A DNA stretch of 64,000 bases from the human T2T-CHM13v2.0 reference genome, Homo sapiens: NCBI RefSeq assembly GCF_009914755.1, contig NC_060930.1; one strand, 5' to 3'. The position numbers were made by a program, and so were the translations under genes. The notes beneath the pieces are model-generated. The model ran no database searches. It was not told the origin of the DNA and saw only the letters and a program-made list of their open reading frames with translations. Of the stretch, positions 1-11,760 are shown piece after piece (the stretch's first letter is position 1; each line of letters opens with the position of its first letter).

Positions 1-13
1 AAAAGAGGAAGGA

Positions 14-84
14 AACTAACGTTTGAAGAGACTAATCAAACTAACATTTGAAGAGGCTAATCAACTAATGAAGAGACTAATCAA
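14..84. repeat. Short tandem triplication (~25-bp unit AACTAACRTTTGAAGAGRCTAATCA, third copy shortened)
   Basis: Three visible copies of aactaa...tgaagagRctaatca. Confidence 0.8.
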
Positions 85-89
85 TGCTT

Positions 90-225
90 ACCTTACCATA
101 CATTACCTGATTTAATTATAACACCCACGAGAGTCAGTGTTCTTAGTCCAATTGTATAGTTGAAGTGACCTCCCAAGATTATACAACCTGTAGGTAGCAC
201 AGACAGAATTGGAACTTAGTCCATT
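90..225 (-). mobile_element. MIR SINE fragment
   Basis: Degenerate match to reverse MIR core (tgacctcccaagattatacaacctgtaggtagcacagacagaattggaact). Confidence 0.5.
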
Positions 226-930
226 AGGTGGAAATTATCTGGACTGCAAAATAGGCTCATTGCACCATATCTTCTGTCCATTGACTTCAGTTGAGTTGTT
301 TAGCACTTGAAGGGGTATGATCTGAGGGAAAGTGCCATCAAGAGCAGGTGAGATTGCAAGCAATGGAGTTAACTGTCACTGTTTTTTCTCTCTGTGAATA
401 TAATTGCCATCCAAGTAACTCCTGTGTTGCCTATGTGAGAAATGGCCTTTATGTAGTAGGAATGTTAGTTCTGCAGATAAGCAGTAAAAGGACCCTAAGC
501 TGATTATTTGACTTGATGATTGGAATTATATCCAGTCCTATATGAAGGCCCAAGAGATAACTATTCAATTAAAGCTGCTCAATTAATTTGCATTTAAGTT
601 AAGATACATTTTGCAGATTCCTCCCTTTTAAAACACCTTTAAGCATGCATATCAACTGCTCTTAATACAACAGACTTACAGGCTCCCTAACCTACAGCAT
701 GGTTCCAAGAAGGGTACTGGACAGGCTTCTGATTAGAGTGGGGAATTAGGAAGGTTCTGGGGCCACCTAATATAGGAAAAATAAACCATGATGGAGCATT
801 GAGTCAGCATGATTTATGATTTTAGGAGTATCTGAATGGAAGATGTTCAGAAGCAAGTTCCTAAAGGGTAAGTGGAGAAAAGCTATGTAGCCAAGTTTAC
901 CTCTTTTCTGAAATTCTATAGTGGAGATGA

Positions 931-1018
931 TTTTTTTTTTTTTTTTTTGAGACGGAGTCTTGTTCTGTCACCAAACTGGAGTGCAGTGGCGCAATCTCAG
1001 CTCGCTGCAACCTCCGCC
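931..1018 (-). mobile_element. Extremely 5'-truncated Alu (~70 nt of right-arm 3' end plus polyA)
   Basis: polyT-gagacggagtct...gcaacctccgcc flanked by TSD TAGTGGAGATGA at 919-930 and 1019-1030. Confidence 0.93.
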
Positions 1019-1030
1019 TAGTGGAGATGA

Positions 1031-1965
1031 TTTTTTTTTATTATTGTGGTAAAATACAGATAAAGGTAACGATCTTAACCATTTTTAAGTGTACAGTCAA
1101 TGGCATTAAGTACATCCACATTGTTGTGCTGCTGTCACCACCATCCATCCACAAAACTCTTTTCATCTTCTAAAACTAAAACTCTACCCATTGAACAATA
1201 ACTTCCCATTCTCCTCTCCCCTTAGTACCTTGTAGCAACTCCTCCACTTTCTGTCTCTACGAATTTGACTACTTGAAGTACCTCATATAAACAGAATCAT
1301 ATAGTATTTGTCCTTTTGTGACTGGCTGATTTCATTTAACAAAATTTCTTTCAGGTTCTCCTGTTTTGTAGCCTATGTTAGAATTTTCTTCCTTTTTAAG
1401 GCTGACTAATAATATGTGTGTATACTATATTTTGTTTCTCTATTTTTCCATTGATGGGCATTTAGGTTGCCTCTACCTTTTGGCTCTTGCAAATAATGAT
1501 GCTATGAACATGGGTATACAAATAACTGGGTCCCTGCTTTAAGTTCTTTTGGATATGTACCCAGAAGTGGAATTGCTGGATCTTGTGTAATTCTATGTTT
1601 AATTTTTTGAGGAACTACCATACTTGCCATACTTTCTATGGCAGCCACACCACTTTACATTTCTAACAATAGTGTGCAAAAATTCCTTTTCTTCACATCT
1701 TCACCAACACTTGTTATTTTCTGTTTGTTTTTTATAGTAACCATGCTAATGGGTGTGAGGTGATATCTTATTGTGGTTTTAATTTGCATTTACCTAATGA
1801 TTATGGCATATTGGCCATTTGTATATCTTTGGAGAAATGTCAATTCAATCATTTGCCCATGTTTTAATTGGGTTGTTTTTGTTGTTGTTGTTGAATTGTA
1901 TATTCTGGATATTAACTCCTCATCAGATACAAGATTTGCAGACATTTTCTCCCATTCCTTGGGTT
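1031..1965 (-). mobile_element. Old L1 (L1MB-like) 3' end
   Basis: ttaaccatttttaagtgtacag..., cccagaagtggaattgctggatc, gtgtgaggtgatatct...ttgtggttttaatttgcattt match reverse L1 3' end/ORF2 tail. Confidence 0.85.
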
Positions 1966-2019
1966 ACCATTTCCATAGTAAACTTGACTTTTGTGTGTAT
2001 ACAAAGCATCCCTCTTTTT

Positions 2020-2470
2020 AGGGAACACCATACTCCTGGGCATATGGCTGAACCCTAGCCAATCAACATATTCCACCCTCTTTGTCATATTTATTTGCCC
2101 AAGAATGGGCTCAGGACCCAAGCTAAGCCTATGAAAACTCACCCCAAGACTTTTCTCCAAAGTCATTATGAAAGATGCACTGTCTTTCTGGGATTAGGAT
2201 CTCTGGTGACTATGTCAGCCTAAAATGCCAGAACCATCTTTCCTACCACATTGAGAGAGAATCTGAATATGAAGCCAACATGTGGGAAACAGCTCAGAAC
2301 CCATGCCCTGTTGATGCTGTCAGAGAATTTGGTTTTAGGATGTCAGGAGACAGAACTTCAACTCAGTGACCATGCCTGGAATTTCTAGTTTTGTAAGCCC
2401 AAAACTTTTTTATTCTTTTTTCCTTGAACTTGATTGACTTTAGTTTCTGTCATCTGTGGTCAAGAGAGTA
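2020..2470 (+). mobile_element. Old ERVL-class LTR fragment (LTR16-like)
   Basis: tagccaatcaacata...; 3' terminus-like tttctgtcatctgtggtcaagagagt; highly diverged. Confidence 0.45.
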
Positions 2471-4392
2471 TGCATGAATGTCCAGTTGGAAATGTTAATT
2501 CTTGGAACCAGCAGCTCAAAGCATGCCCTCTAGTCAGTGCTTAGGATTGATTAGAATAAAAGATGTTAAAGAAGAAAGGATGTTGGAGTCGATTACTCAA
2601 ATTATAAAAAGTGAGTTTGGGACTCCTGACTGTGTTATTCCCTAGGTCTTCTGCTCTTTCCAGCTATATAGTGGCCAAGACATGTGAGACTAGGAAGAGA
2701 TGGATAGTTATTTATAAGGAAAGGGGCTTCAAATGTCTCACAATAGTTTAACATTGTTACTTTAAAATATTTTCCCCTCTAAACTGTGGTGCTTTGGATG
2801 AATCCTGGCACCTCACTCTGTGTCACCCTGCGATTTGGCCACACCTCTTAAGAACACAGATATCCAGGACTAGAATTGCAGTGCTCCATCTGTTTCTTGC
2901 ATTCCAGCGCCATCCCATAACCACATCAAATTATCTGTGAAATGCAATTTAGAACTCACTTAGTGAATAGGATGCCACATCCTATGACCACTCCTTAATT
3001 TTTCTTCTTTGGAAAAATGTGTGACCTATAACCCTGACCTATGACAGTTCCACCCATAGGCAAGCAATGTGTTAAATAGAAAGGGCACTGCTGAATCACG
3101 TTAAGCCTCCAACATTCTGCTTAACAGGACTAGCGTAGTAGTTAGGAGTGTATAGGTGTTCCTTTTCTCCCATTTCTAATGTAACTCCAATACACCCATA
3201 CTGGCACGCATACTGAGAGCTTATTTACCATGCTTTTTGATCAACTATAACTTTTTTTTAAATAACTAAATGATAAATTCTAAAAATAAGAGTTTCTATT
3301 GCAACAACAGACAAGACCTTAGTGCTAGAAAGCACATCATCATGTCAATGGAACAACAAATCATGAGCTTGACAGTAATGAAGCTGTTGCTGAGACATTT
3401 GTCTGTCTTTTTACAGGGCAATAATTCAAGTTTGAAGGCACGTATTTATTTAACGTTATGTCTAGGAATAAGTTGCCTTCCTAGCCTGAAATTTCTTTCT
3501 TTACCCAATGACAAAATTGTACATAATTAATGAGTGCATTCATTGTGTTTTGTTTTTTTAAAAAAATGGTCTAGCAAAATTTCCTTCTGAACATTTAGTT
3601 TAATCATGTTTATTAACTACAAACCGTGAGGTACTTGCCAACTCTGACCATAAAATGTTCTATTCTGAGGCTGTCTCTCTGTTTCTGAGGAGAATAAGAA
3701 GTCAAATGTCTTGAAAATAACCAATCCCATCCTGAGAAAACCTTCTAGTTACTTTCTCTCCTCGGATTTTGTTTTTTTAATTAAAACAAGCTAAAGTGAA
3801 ATAAATAAAACAAAATGATCTGTAATGGTGGAGGCAAGTGGAATGAAAGTACATTTTCCATTCAAAACAATGTACACATGAATGTTTAAATTCATCAGCC
3901 TTTCACTGTGTAATAATGTGACATGTTTACAGTGTTGAAGGAAATCAGGTGTTTTCATGCTAAATGAAAATAAAATTTATGTACTGTTATTACCATATTC
4001 TTTGCCTGGTGTTTCTCACTCTATTCATCATTAAAGGCTGCTCAATAAATACTGTGCTAACTGCCTGTGTGGATGTTATGCAGTAATAACTCAGAATAAC
4101 CATAAATAACCACCCACCAGCGCCTTGGGGAGAGTCAAGGCTTTAAGAGGGAATGCTTGCTCCCCAGTTGCTAGATGGTGTAAAAAAGATCCCTAAGTCG
4201 ATTTTCTCTCCATAGTTGATACATTAGAAGCAAGGCTTAGACCCCAGTATTCCACCTTAAGACAAGGTCTTTGTCCATCATCATCTCAGGAGCTGAGGCA
4301 AGCAGTGGGCTAAATAGTGTGATTTTAGACATCTGAAGTTTTCTTCTACGCAACTGTTATCAGAAAACCTCTTGGAGGATTACTTGTCTCCT

Positions 4393-4950
4393 TGTGTGTT
4401 AGTTCTCTATTGCCGCATAATGAATTTCTCCAAAATGTAGCAGCTTAAAACATCAAACATATATTATCTCACATAGCGTTAGAGGGTCAGGGAGCTGGAA
4501 GCAGCTTAGCTGTACAGTTCTGGCTCAGGGTCTCTTAGAAGATTAGAATCAAGGTATCAGCCAGGACTGCAGTCACCTCAAGTCCTGATGGGCTGGAGAA
4601 TTCTTTCCCAAGCTCACATAAGTGGTTGTTGGCAAGAATCAGTTCCTCCCTGGCTCTTTGCTGGAGTCTTCAGTTGCTTGCCACATAGGCCTCACCGTGA
4701 GAATAGTCACAGCATGGTAGCTTGCTTTTCACAAAAAGAGATCCAAGAGGAAGAGGTGGAGCAAGCTAGCAAGAGAGCACCCAAGATGGAAGCTGCAGTC
4801 TTTTACCCTAACCTCAGAAGTGGTGTACCTTTTGCCATATGCCATTTGTCATATAGCTCAAGCATGGTACAGTGTGGGAGGGGGCTACATGGGATGTTAA
4901 TACCAGGATGCAGGGGATCGCTGGGGCTACTTTGGAGGCTGGCCGCCTCC
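4393..4950 (-). mobile_element. MaLR solo LTR (MLT1F/G-like)
   Basis: agcagcttaaaacatcaaacatatattatctcaca...gttctggctcagggtctct...ttaataccaggatgcaggggatc matches reverse MLT1. Confidence 0.75.
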
Positions 4951-5019
4951 CTCTAGGATGAAGCTGGCACTGACGCAAACAGATTGAAAAGTGAGATGAA
5001 TCGGCGCAGTCAATTGGAA

Positions 5020-5180
5020 AGAGCACATTCAGAGTAGGATGTACCTGAGTCATCCAGGTAGCAAGAGAGCACTCTTGCTACCTTGTGGTAATTACCTCAC
5101 TGAGCCTTAAACTTCCCATCCCTAACCATTACCCATCTCTTGTGGTTGGCTGTGAGAGTTAAATGAGATAATATTTAAAG
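5020..5180 (+). mobile_element. MIR fragment
   Basis: taattacctcactgagccttaaacttcccatc...ggttggctgtgagagttaaatgagataata. Confidence 0.6.
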
Positions 5181-5469
5181 AGTCTGCCTTCTGTGGAGGT
5201 TCCTCTAAAGGAAATTAACAATAAAACAAATAACAATAAAAACAAAAAAAATGTATTTTTTTGTAAGATAGAAGAAATCCAAAAATAGCATGCCACTGTA
5301 TTTGGAGGATACAGTATCCTCAGGAATGGGGAGACATGAGCGTGCTGGCAATGTTCCAGAAAGGGTAATGCTTTCATATTGTCTCTGCTCCTATTGTTTT
5401 CTACTGAAAAGTAAGGTAATGGTCCTGCTTCACTGTGTCAGCCAGGGTGCTCAGGAAGTGCGGTTGAGT

Positions 5470-6340
5470 CACTTCCCAAGCGTTTATTGAGCCCCGGTGT
5501 GCTGGGCACTACTAAGACTCAGCTCCTGACATCATGTTGCCCCTCATCCTGCCTGGGGGTGGAGAGTAGATGAGGGGACAGGCACAGAGACAATTCTCAC
5601 CTTAGGTGGGAGTTTGAAGAAAGAAGTGTGTGTGTGCAGAGGAAGGAGGGCCTGACCATCTGGGCGAAAGAGGCAGGTCTTCAACCAGTTCTGGGCACTC
5701 AAGCAAGGGAATGCCTGCTAGAAGGGGCAGTGGCAATGTGGGCAGGGAAAGGGGTGGTGGCCTGCTCCCTGGAATTCTTCTTAGGGTTCATTGCCAGGTT
5801 AGCAAATACAAATGCAGGACATCCAGCTAAATTTGAATTTAAGGTAAACAGTAAATAATGAAATATTTGGGACATTTACTAACAAAAATATTATTTGTGT
5901 ATCTGAAATTCACATTTAGCTGGGTATTTTGCATTGTCTCTGGCAACTCTATCCTGGGGCAAACATTTAATTTGCCTAGAGTAGTGGAAGCTGAGGCTCC
6001 AGAAGAAGGCAGCAGAAAAGATTAGGAAGGATTGTGAATGCCTGTTGTGAGGAGTTTGCATGTATTAATAAACCAATATTGGATACATGCTGGAGGGCCA
6101 GTAGGTTTTCAGTGGAGGAATGTCATGGTCAGATTCATTTCAGGTAAGACCACTCTGGTAGCTGTGCAGAGAACAGAGGGAGGTGGTGGGAATGGGGTTG
6201 GGGGCTGCGAGAATGGTTAGGAGACTTGCAATAGGACAAGACGTAGAGGAAATGGACTTGACCCAAGCCAAACTTTGGTAGAGCAGAGAGGCAGGTAGAA
6301 TCATGTCTAAGGGCAGAAATTGGTGATGGAGCATTTATTT
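5470..6340 (-). mobile_element. L2 LINE fragments (interrupted by MER53)
   Basis: caagcgtttattgagccccggtgtgctgggcac (L2 3' end) and gtaagaccactctggtagctgtgcagagaacaga...ttaggagacttgcaata. Confidence 0.55.
5782..5951. mobile_element. MER53 palindromic hAT MITE
   Basis: ttgccaggttagcaaatacaaatgcaggacatccagctaaatttgaattt ... gaaattcacatttagctgggtattttgcattgtctctggcaactct; self-complementary arms. Confidence 0.85.
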
Positions 6341-6369
6341 AGTAGGACACATCTTTTAAAGGGTTAAAT

Positions 6370-6530
6370 GAATTATTCCAAACCTTGGCTGTACATTAGA
6401 ACTACATAGGAGGTTTAAGAATACTGAAACCATTCTTACTGATACTGATTTAACTAGTTTATGTTGGGACCTGGACAATGGTGTTCTTTTATTCCCTGGA
6501 TATTTTAATGCAAAGTCAGGATCAACAACT
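6370..6530. mobile_element. MER5-family hAT-Charlie MITE, degraded
   Basis: ttccaaaccttggctgtacattagaactaca...gatactgatttaactagttt...ttttaatgcaaagtcaggatcaacaact. Confidence 0.55.
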
Positions 6531-6721
6531 ATTAATAAACTATCTTCTTATCTTTTGTTATTCCAAGGAATGTCCAATTTTCTTGACAGTACACCTGAAT
6601 GACAGCACACTGTCATCATGAAGCAGCTTAACACACCCTCCTTGACAGAGCAATGTCAGGCACTTCCATGTGCCTTGCAGGTGAAAAACTGGCTATTCCT
6701 GCCCAAGAACATTAAAAGCCT

Positions 6722-7019
6722 ATTTAATTTATTTTAATCATTTTATTAAGAAACGAGGTCTCATTCTGTCACCCCCTCTGGAGTGCAGTGGGACAATCAT
6801 AGCTCACTGTAACCTCGAACTCCAGGGCTCAGATGATCCTCCTGCTTCAACCTCCCAAGCTAGGACTGCAGGTGCACACCACCACACCTTTAATTTTTTT
6901 GTAGAGACAGGGTTTTGCTACATTGCCCAGGCTGGTCTCAAACTCCTGACCTCAAGTGATCCTCCCGCCTTAGCCTCCCAGAGAATTGGGATTACAGACA
7001 TGAGCCACTGCACCTGGTC
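6722..7019 (-). mobile_element. AluJ
   Basis: Dimeric Alu with J-type motif (acaatcatagctcactgtaacctcgaactcc), high divergence. Confidence 0.9.
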
Positions 7020-7348
7020 CTATCACTTGCTTTTAAAAATATATTACCTCATTCCATTGAAAAGTAGGAGGGGAACAGACTCAAAAGACTTGGACCCACC
7101 TAAACATCCACATGTGCCTTCTCTGCCCTCAAGCAGTTGGTCCAGAAACTGCAGGCATCACACTCTTAATTTCTACTTAGACACAAATCTCCGGAGAAAA
7201 TATGTTAAAATGTCTGAGTTGGCACAGTTCACAGTTCATTAAATATCCTTCAGGAGAACTACCTGCTTTTCACTAAGCTCACGTTGATTTGTTATAGTGT
7301 CTACATGTAAGTACCACTGCCTGTTTTCAATGATTGGATTGTTTATGG

Positions 7349-7672
7349 CAGGTGTCCCCAATCCCTGGGACTGTTAGGAACCAGGCCGCACAGCAGCAGG
7401 TGAGCGGCAGGCAGGCAGGCAGGTGAGCCAGCATTACTGCATGAGCTCCACCTCCTGTCAGATCAGGGTGGCATTAGATTCTCAGAGGAGTGCGAACCAT
7501 ATTGAGAACTCTGCCCAAGAGGGATCTAGGTTGTGTGCTCCTTATGAGAATCTAATGTCTGATGATCTCAGGTAAAAGAGTTTTATCCCAAAACCATCCC
7601 CCCGCCCCCATCTGTGGAAAAATTGTCTTCCAGGAAACCAGTTCCTGGTGCCAAAATGGTTGGGGACTGCTG
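7349..7672 (+). mobile_element. MER1B hAT-Charlie element
   Basis: TIRs CAGGTGTCCCCAA...TTGGGGACTGCTG; 8-bp TSD GTTTATGG/GTTTAGGG; internal ccttatgagaatctaatg. Confidence 0.9.
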
Positions 7673-8574
7673 GTTTAGGGCAATGGAATGTGAGCTGTCC
7701 TTTAGTTCTTTCCAGGTCAGGTGGGTGTTCCATTTTAAGGCAAAAAGAGAGTAAAGGAGCCTGATACTTGGTTTCATATCAGCAGCCTGGTGTCTGCCTT
7801 TGACAGAGATGCATTGTGGACACTTACATTTGTATCTTAGGGTTTGTTTTTGACTTATACAAGATTTTTCCCAAGATTTTTTAGCAATAGGAATGCTCCA
7901 ATTTCTATAAAGTGAGTTTCAGTTCATGAACAACTGTAAAAGCCATATATTCCAATATGTTCTAGCTTATTTCCTTCTGCTTAAAGGCATGCCCTTCTTT
8001 TTGCCTCTCGACCAGATCGTCCCTGAGGTCAAAGGTTGTAATATGTGCCCTTGCCTGAGGAAGGAAGGAATGAGTGATTTGAACATGTGAGATTGTAACC
8101 AGTCAAAGAGAACCAAGATAGTTCCCTGTTACACATAGGACCATGGGTTTACAAGATGTTTTGATGTTTAATCAAACCTGAAATGGATATTAAATTATAC
8201 AATTTATTTTTTCTTTCTTATTTTTTTGTCATTAGAATTCCTTTCTTTCTTTGGAGACATTTTAATGTCATTTGTGTAAAAGAAGAAGCTGAGAGTAGTA
8301 GCTTGAAGTATCCAGTGACAATCATTGTGAAAATGTTTAAGTGATTCAGTATTGGCAAAGAGCTGATCATAAGAACTCTACTCTCCAAACTTGATTCTAG
8401 TGAATATATGGAGATTAAGTTTAAAGAGTTCAATGAACTTTACATACAAATGATGCTTAGTAACTGTTTTGGAATTCTAGAAAAAAAATAAAAATAGTGT
8501 AAAAATACCAGTAAGTGGTGATAGGAAAAGCACTGGATTCGGAATCAAAAGACCTATTGCCTGATCATATTGTA

Positions 8575-8627
<53 letters not shown>
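8575..8627. repeat. Compound microsatellite (CT)9(GT)9(AT)8
   Basis: Directly visible. Confidence 0.95.
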
Positions 8628-8714
8628 GTTACAGAAGTGGAAAATGAGCATAAGAAAAGGAATATGTTACTTCTGTTTCCACAGAAGAAATATCTGACAT
8701 TAAAAACTTACTGA

Positions 8715-8850
8715 TCAGTTTATTCAACAGACACTTATTGAGTACCTATTACATGTCAAGCCCTCGTACAGCTACCCGACCCAAACATCAAAGGAAGCAG
8801 GCCTGGCCCTCTAGGGACTTTGGAGACTGTGGAGGGATACAATTAGGATC
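8715..8850 (-). mobile_element. L2 3' end fragment
   Basis: tttattcaacagacacttattgagtacctattacatgtcaagcc. Confidence 0.6.
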
Positions 8851-9550
8851 ACAGGCAACCTCAATGACCTGGAGTAAGCGTTATAATAAAAGTTACATGG
8901 GGTAGTATCTGGAATTGAATGTTATTTCCAGTTCAATAATGTTTGAGGTGGATTCTCTTTCAGCCATGTTAGGAAAAAAAAACTAAAACGGCTTCCACGT
9001 CTTACATCACAATATAAACAGTGTAATGGATTCCAAAAAATGCAGGCCTTCTGTTGATCCCGTGCAGAGAAAGCATATGTGCTTAGACATATGTGTTTAG
9101 ACATCCACTTAGCAAGCATTCTGTCAGCCTGTCAGGACCAGCACCACAGCTGAATCACATATAGCCCCAGACATCAGCTGTAAGGGAACCAAATGGTGCC
9201 TTACCAAAAATTGCCTTAGAATTCAAAGTATTTAAACAGTATGACAGGCACAACCAATCGTTTACAAGAGAAAACCCACAGCACATAGGCATAGCCCCTA
9301 AGTGCAGTAAGGAACCATTCTGAATTTAAATAACTTCAGTACTGAATATAAAATCTTCCACGTAGGACAAAACAGTGCATAATGCCATGAAAATAAGCAA
9401 AATGAAAAGATGTATTAGGTGTTAGCCAAATTATGGTAGATTAATTAGTTGGTAAGACCACACAAATTAAAAGCATTTGACAATTTCAGAAATCTTTGAT
9501 TGAATAATTATCTTTCTATTGTTATGAGAAGTTAAAAAAAACGGCGACAC

Positions 9551-9778
9551 TTTTATTTTATTTTATTTATTTATTTTGAGACGGAGTCTCACTCTGTAGC
9601 CCAGGCTGGAGTGCAGTGGCGCTATCTGGGCTCACCACAGGCTCCGCCTCCCGAGTTCACGCCGTTCTCCTGCCTCAGCCTCCTGAGTAGCTGGGACTAC
9701 AAGCGCCCGCCACCACGCCCGGCTAATTTTTTTGTTTTGTTTTGTTTGTATTTTTAGTAGAGACGAGGTTTCACCATG
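9551..9778 (-). mobile_element. 5'-truncated AluY-like element
   Basis: ggctccgcctcccgagttcacgccgttctcctgcctcagcc; CpG-rich; ends at ggtttcaccatg. Confidence 0.9.
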
Positions 9779-10487
9779 AAAAAATTGAGACTTCAAAAAA
9801 AAAAGATTTCCAGAGAAGTAATGCAGTGAAATAGCTCATTAGATTGTTACTGAATTGGTCTTGTATGTATTGAGAATAATTAAAGAAAAACTGAAGACAC
9901 CATACTCCCAGGAAAAGCCCAATAGTTCTATAGCTTTGCTAGCCAGTAAAGAGTAGAAACTAGTTTTAATCCTGTTTAATCAATAAATTTCAGTTCAAGG
10001 GCTGTGGTAACAAATAAACACCAGAGCTGATTTTAAACTTACCTAACCAATTAGTGACAACTTGCTGCAGAGAACACAATTCTCGAAGCCAGCCAATCAA
10101 CAGCAGCCTTACATATTTAAAGTCAGCCAGTGAGTGGCACATCCTCTCTAGAGAATATGCTTCTAAGGCTGAAATCAACCCACCCTGTCACCCACACAAA
10201 ACATTGCCTCCCAGACTGTGGCACCCTTCTCCTGCTTCTGCCACCAACACAACACAAAACAACTATTCCCCAAATCCTTTGTAAGGCCTTTTTTTGCTCA
10301 GTGAAACTGTGCCTGGACCAGCAAAGCTCTTCCAAAGTTCTTCCTTCCTCAGGCAACACATTTAGCTTTGTATATTTGGGATTCAGTGTGTTGGTCTCTT
10401 CCTTTTATGCTATATTCACATTATTTGAAATTATAAGATGAATCTTTATTTACCACTTTATACAGGCTTGTTTTTCTACATATCGAT

Positions 10488-10535
10488 CTAGGTTTTAATG
10501 GCAAAAACCGCAATTACTATTGCATCAACCTAATA
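10488..10535. mobile_element. MADE1 (Hsmar1 mariner MITE), left arm mostly deleted
   Basis: taatggcaaaaaccgcaattactattgcatcaacctaa-TA matches the Hsmar1 TIR; left remnant taggtt. Confidence 0.8.
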
Positions 10536-10619
10536 TTATGTTAAAATAGTTTATTTAGGAAACATTCTTTATTAATTATAGGGTCAGACCCCAGGGTAAT
10601 ATCTGTCAGCTTTTTACAA

Positions 10620-11080
10620 GTTTATCTTAAAATTTTTTTCTTTCATGTCTCCATAATTTAGCATTTCACTTGAAATTCCAAACTGGAAACATCTCTTCCC
10701 CTTCCTATCTTTGTTTATGCCATATGATATCTTTGTTTATGCCATACCATCCACCTAGTTCTCCAAACTATCAAACTTTAACTTAGTATTGACCGTTACT
10801 TTTCCCTTTTCTTTCCAGGCTTATCAATATTATATGTAAAATGTTCTTCAAAACTTCCTTTAATTCACTCCCTTGGCCATATCTCTAATTAAAGATTTTA
10901 ATTCCTGTTTGCCAAGATGATTATTAATAGAGTTAAATTGTTTCCTGAAGTCCCTGTCCTTCTAATACATCCTGCATGAGCCCACTAGGGTGATAAGGAA
11001 CAGAACTGAGCTTGTCTGTCTGTGTGATGCCAGGATCTTTTAACAGACCAAGTGGAAACTTCTTAGCATGGCACTGTGGG
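10620..11080 (+). mobile_element. L2 fragment, containing a 22-bp-period tandem duplication (10706-10746)
   Basis: ccataccatccacctagttctccaa... typical of L2; tatctttgtttatgccata x2. Confidence 0.5.
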
Positions 11081-11569
11081 ACCAACACTCTCTGGGTTCT
11101 ATTGACCGGAACAGAAGATAATAAATTCCCAGTAAATGTTAGTTTTAAAAGATTTTGTTTGTATATGGCCTAGTTTCTACATGTAGACCTAAACGTATTC
11201 ACAGGACTTGCAGAATTTCCCTATAGAAAACTCTTCATCCTGTTCATCCACTTGACCCTGACCTTTCAGCACTGCCTAAATTAAGGTCTGTACACTTCTA
11301 TGAGCAAATGTTAGCCTCTGGTTTCATTTTCCTCTCTGCTGGGCTCTCACTGAGCTATTCTTATGAGAGAAGGCCAAGGCATTCCACAGTGGATGTTTGC
11401 ATGTGTTTCTGGAGGAATGTTTCTTGGACTTTCTTATCGTCACTGGCATTTTAGAGGAATGACTTCTTAGATGGCAAGGGAACCACATGATTACAGTATG
11501 TTTGCCTTGGCAGTTGTTAGCATTTCTTTGGCAGGTAGTTTCCCCACCTCCTGATTGGGGAAGTGGTAG

Positions 11570-11760
11570 TTCAAAGAAATAGTTATTGAGCACTTGCTAT
11601 ATGTCAGGTACCATGTTAGAAGATAAGGATACAAAGACAATTAAAACACAATGAACCCTCACAGTTTGCACTCTAGTAATGAATGAACTGGGTATAAAAG
11701 CAAATAGTAAAGGCACTCGAAGGAATGTTGTACTACGGAAGCACAGAGGGTAAGGAGGGC
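11570..11760 (-). mobile_element. L2 3' end fragment
   Basis: ttcaaagaaatagttattgagcacttgctatatgtcaggtaccatgttaga. Confidence 0.65.

Noticed and set aside
14-84. Spaced repeats as a CRISPR-like array (also 14243-14318, 35792-35837, 58766-58808)
   Set aside because: Simple 2-3 copy tandem duplications without unique spacers, in a primate genome with no cas genes.
10488-10535. MADE1 as a miR-548 precursor
   Set aside because: One TIR is mostly deleted, so the hairpin cannot form.
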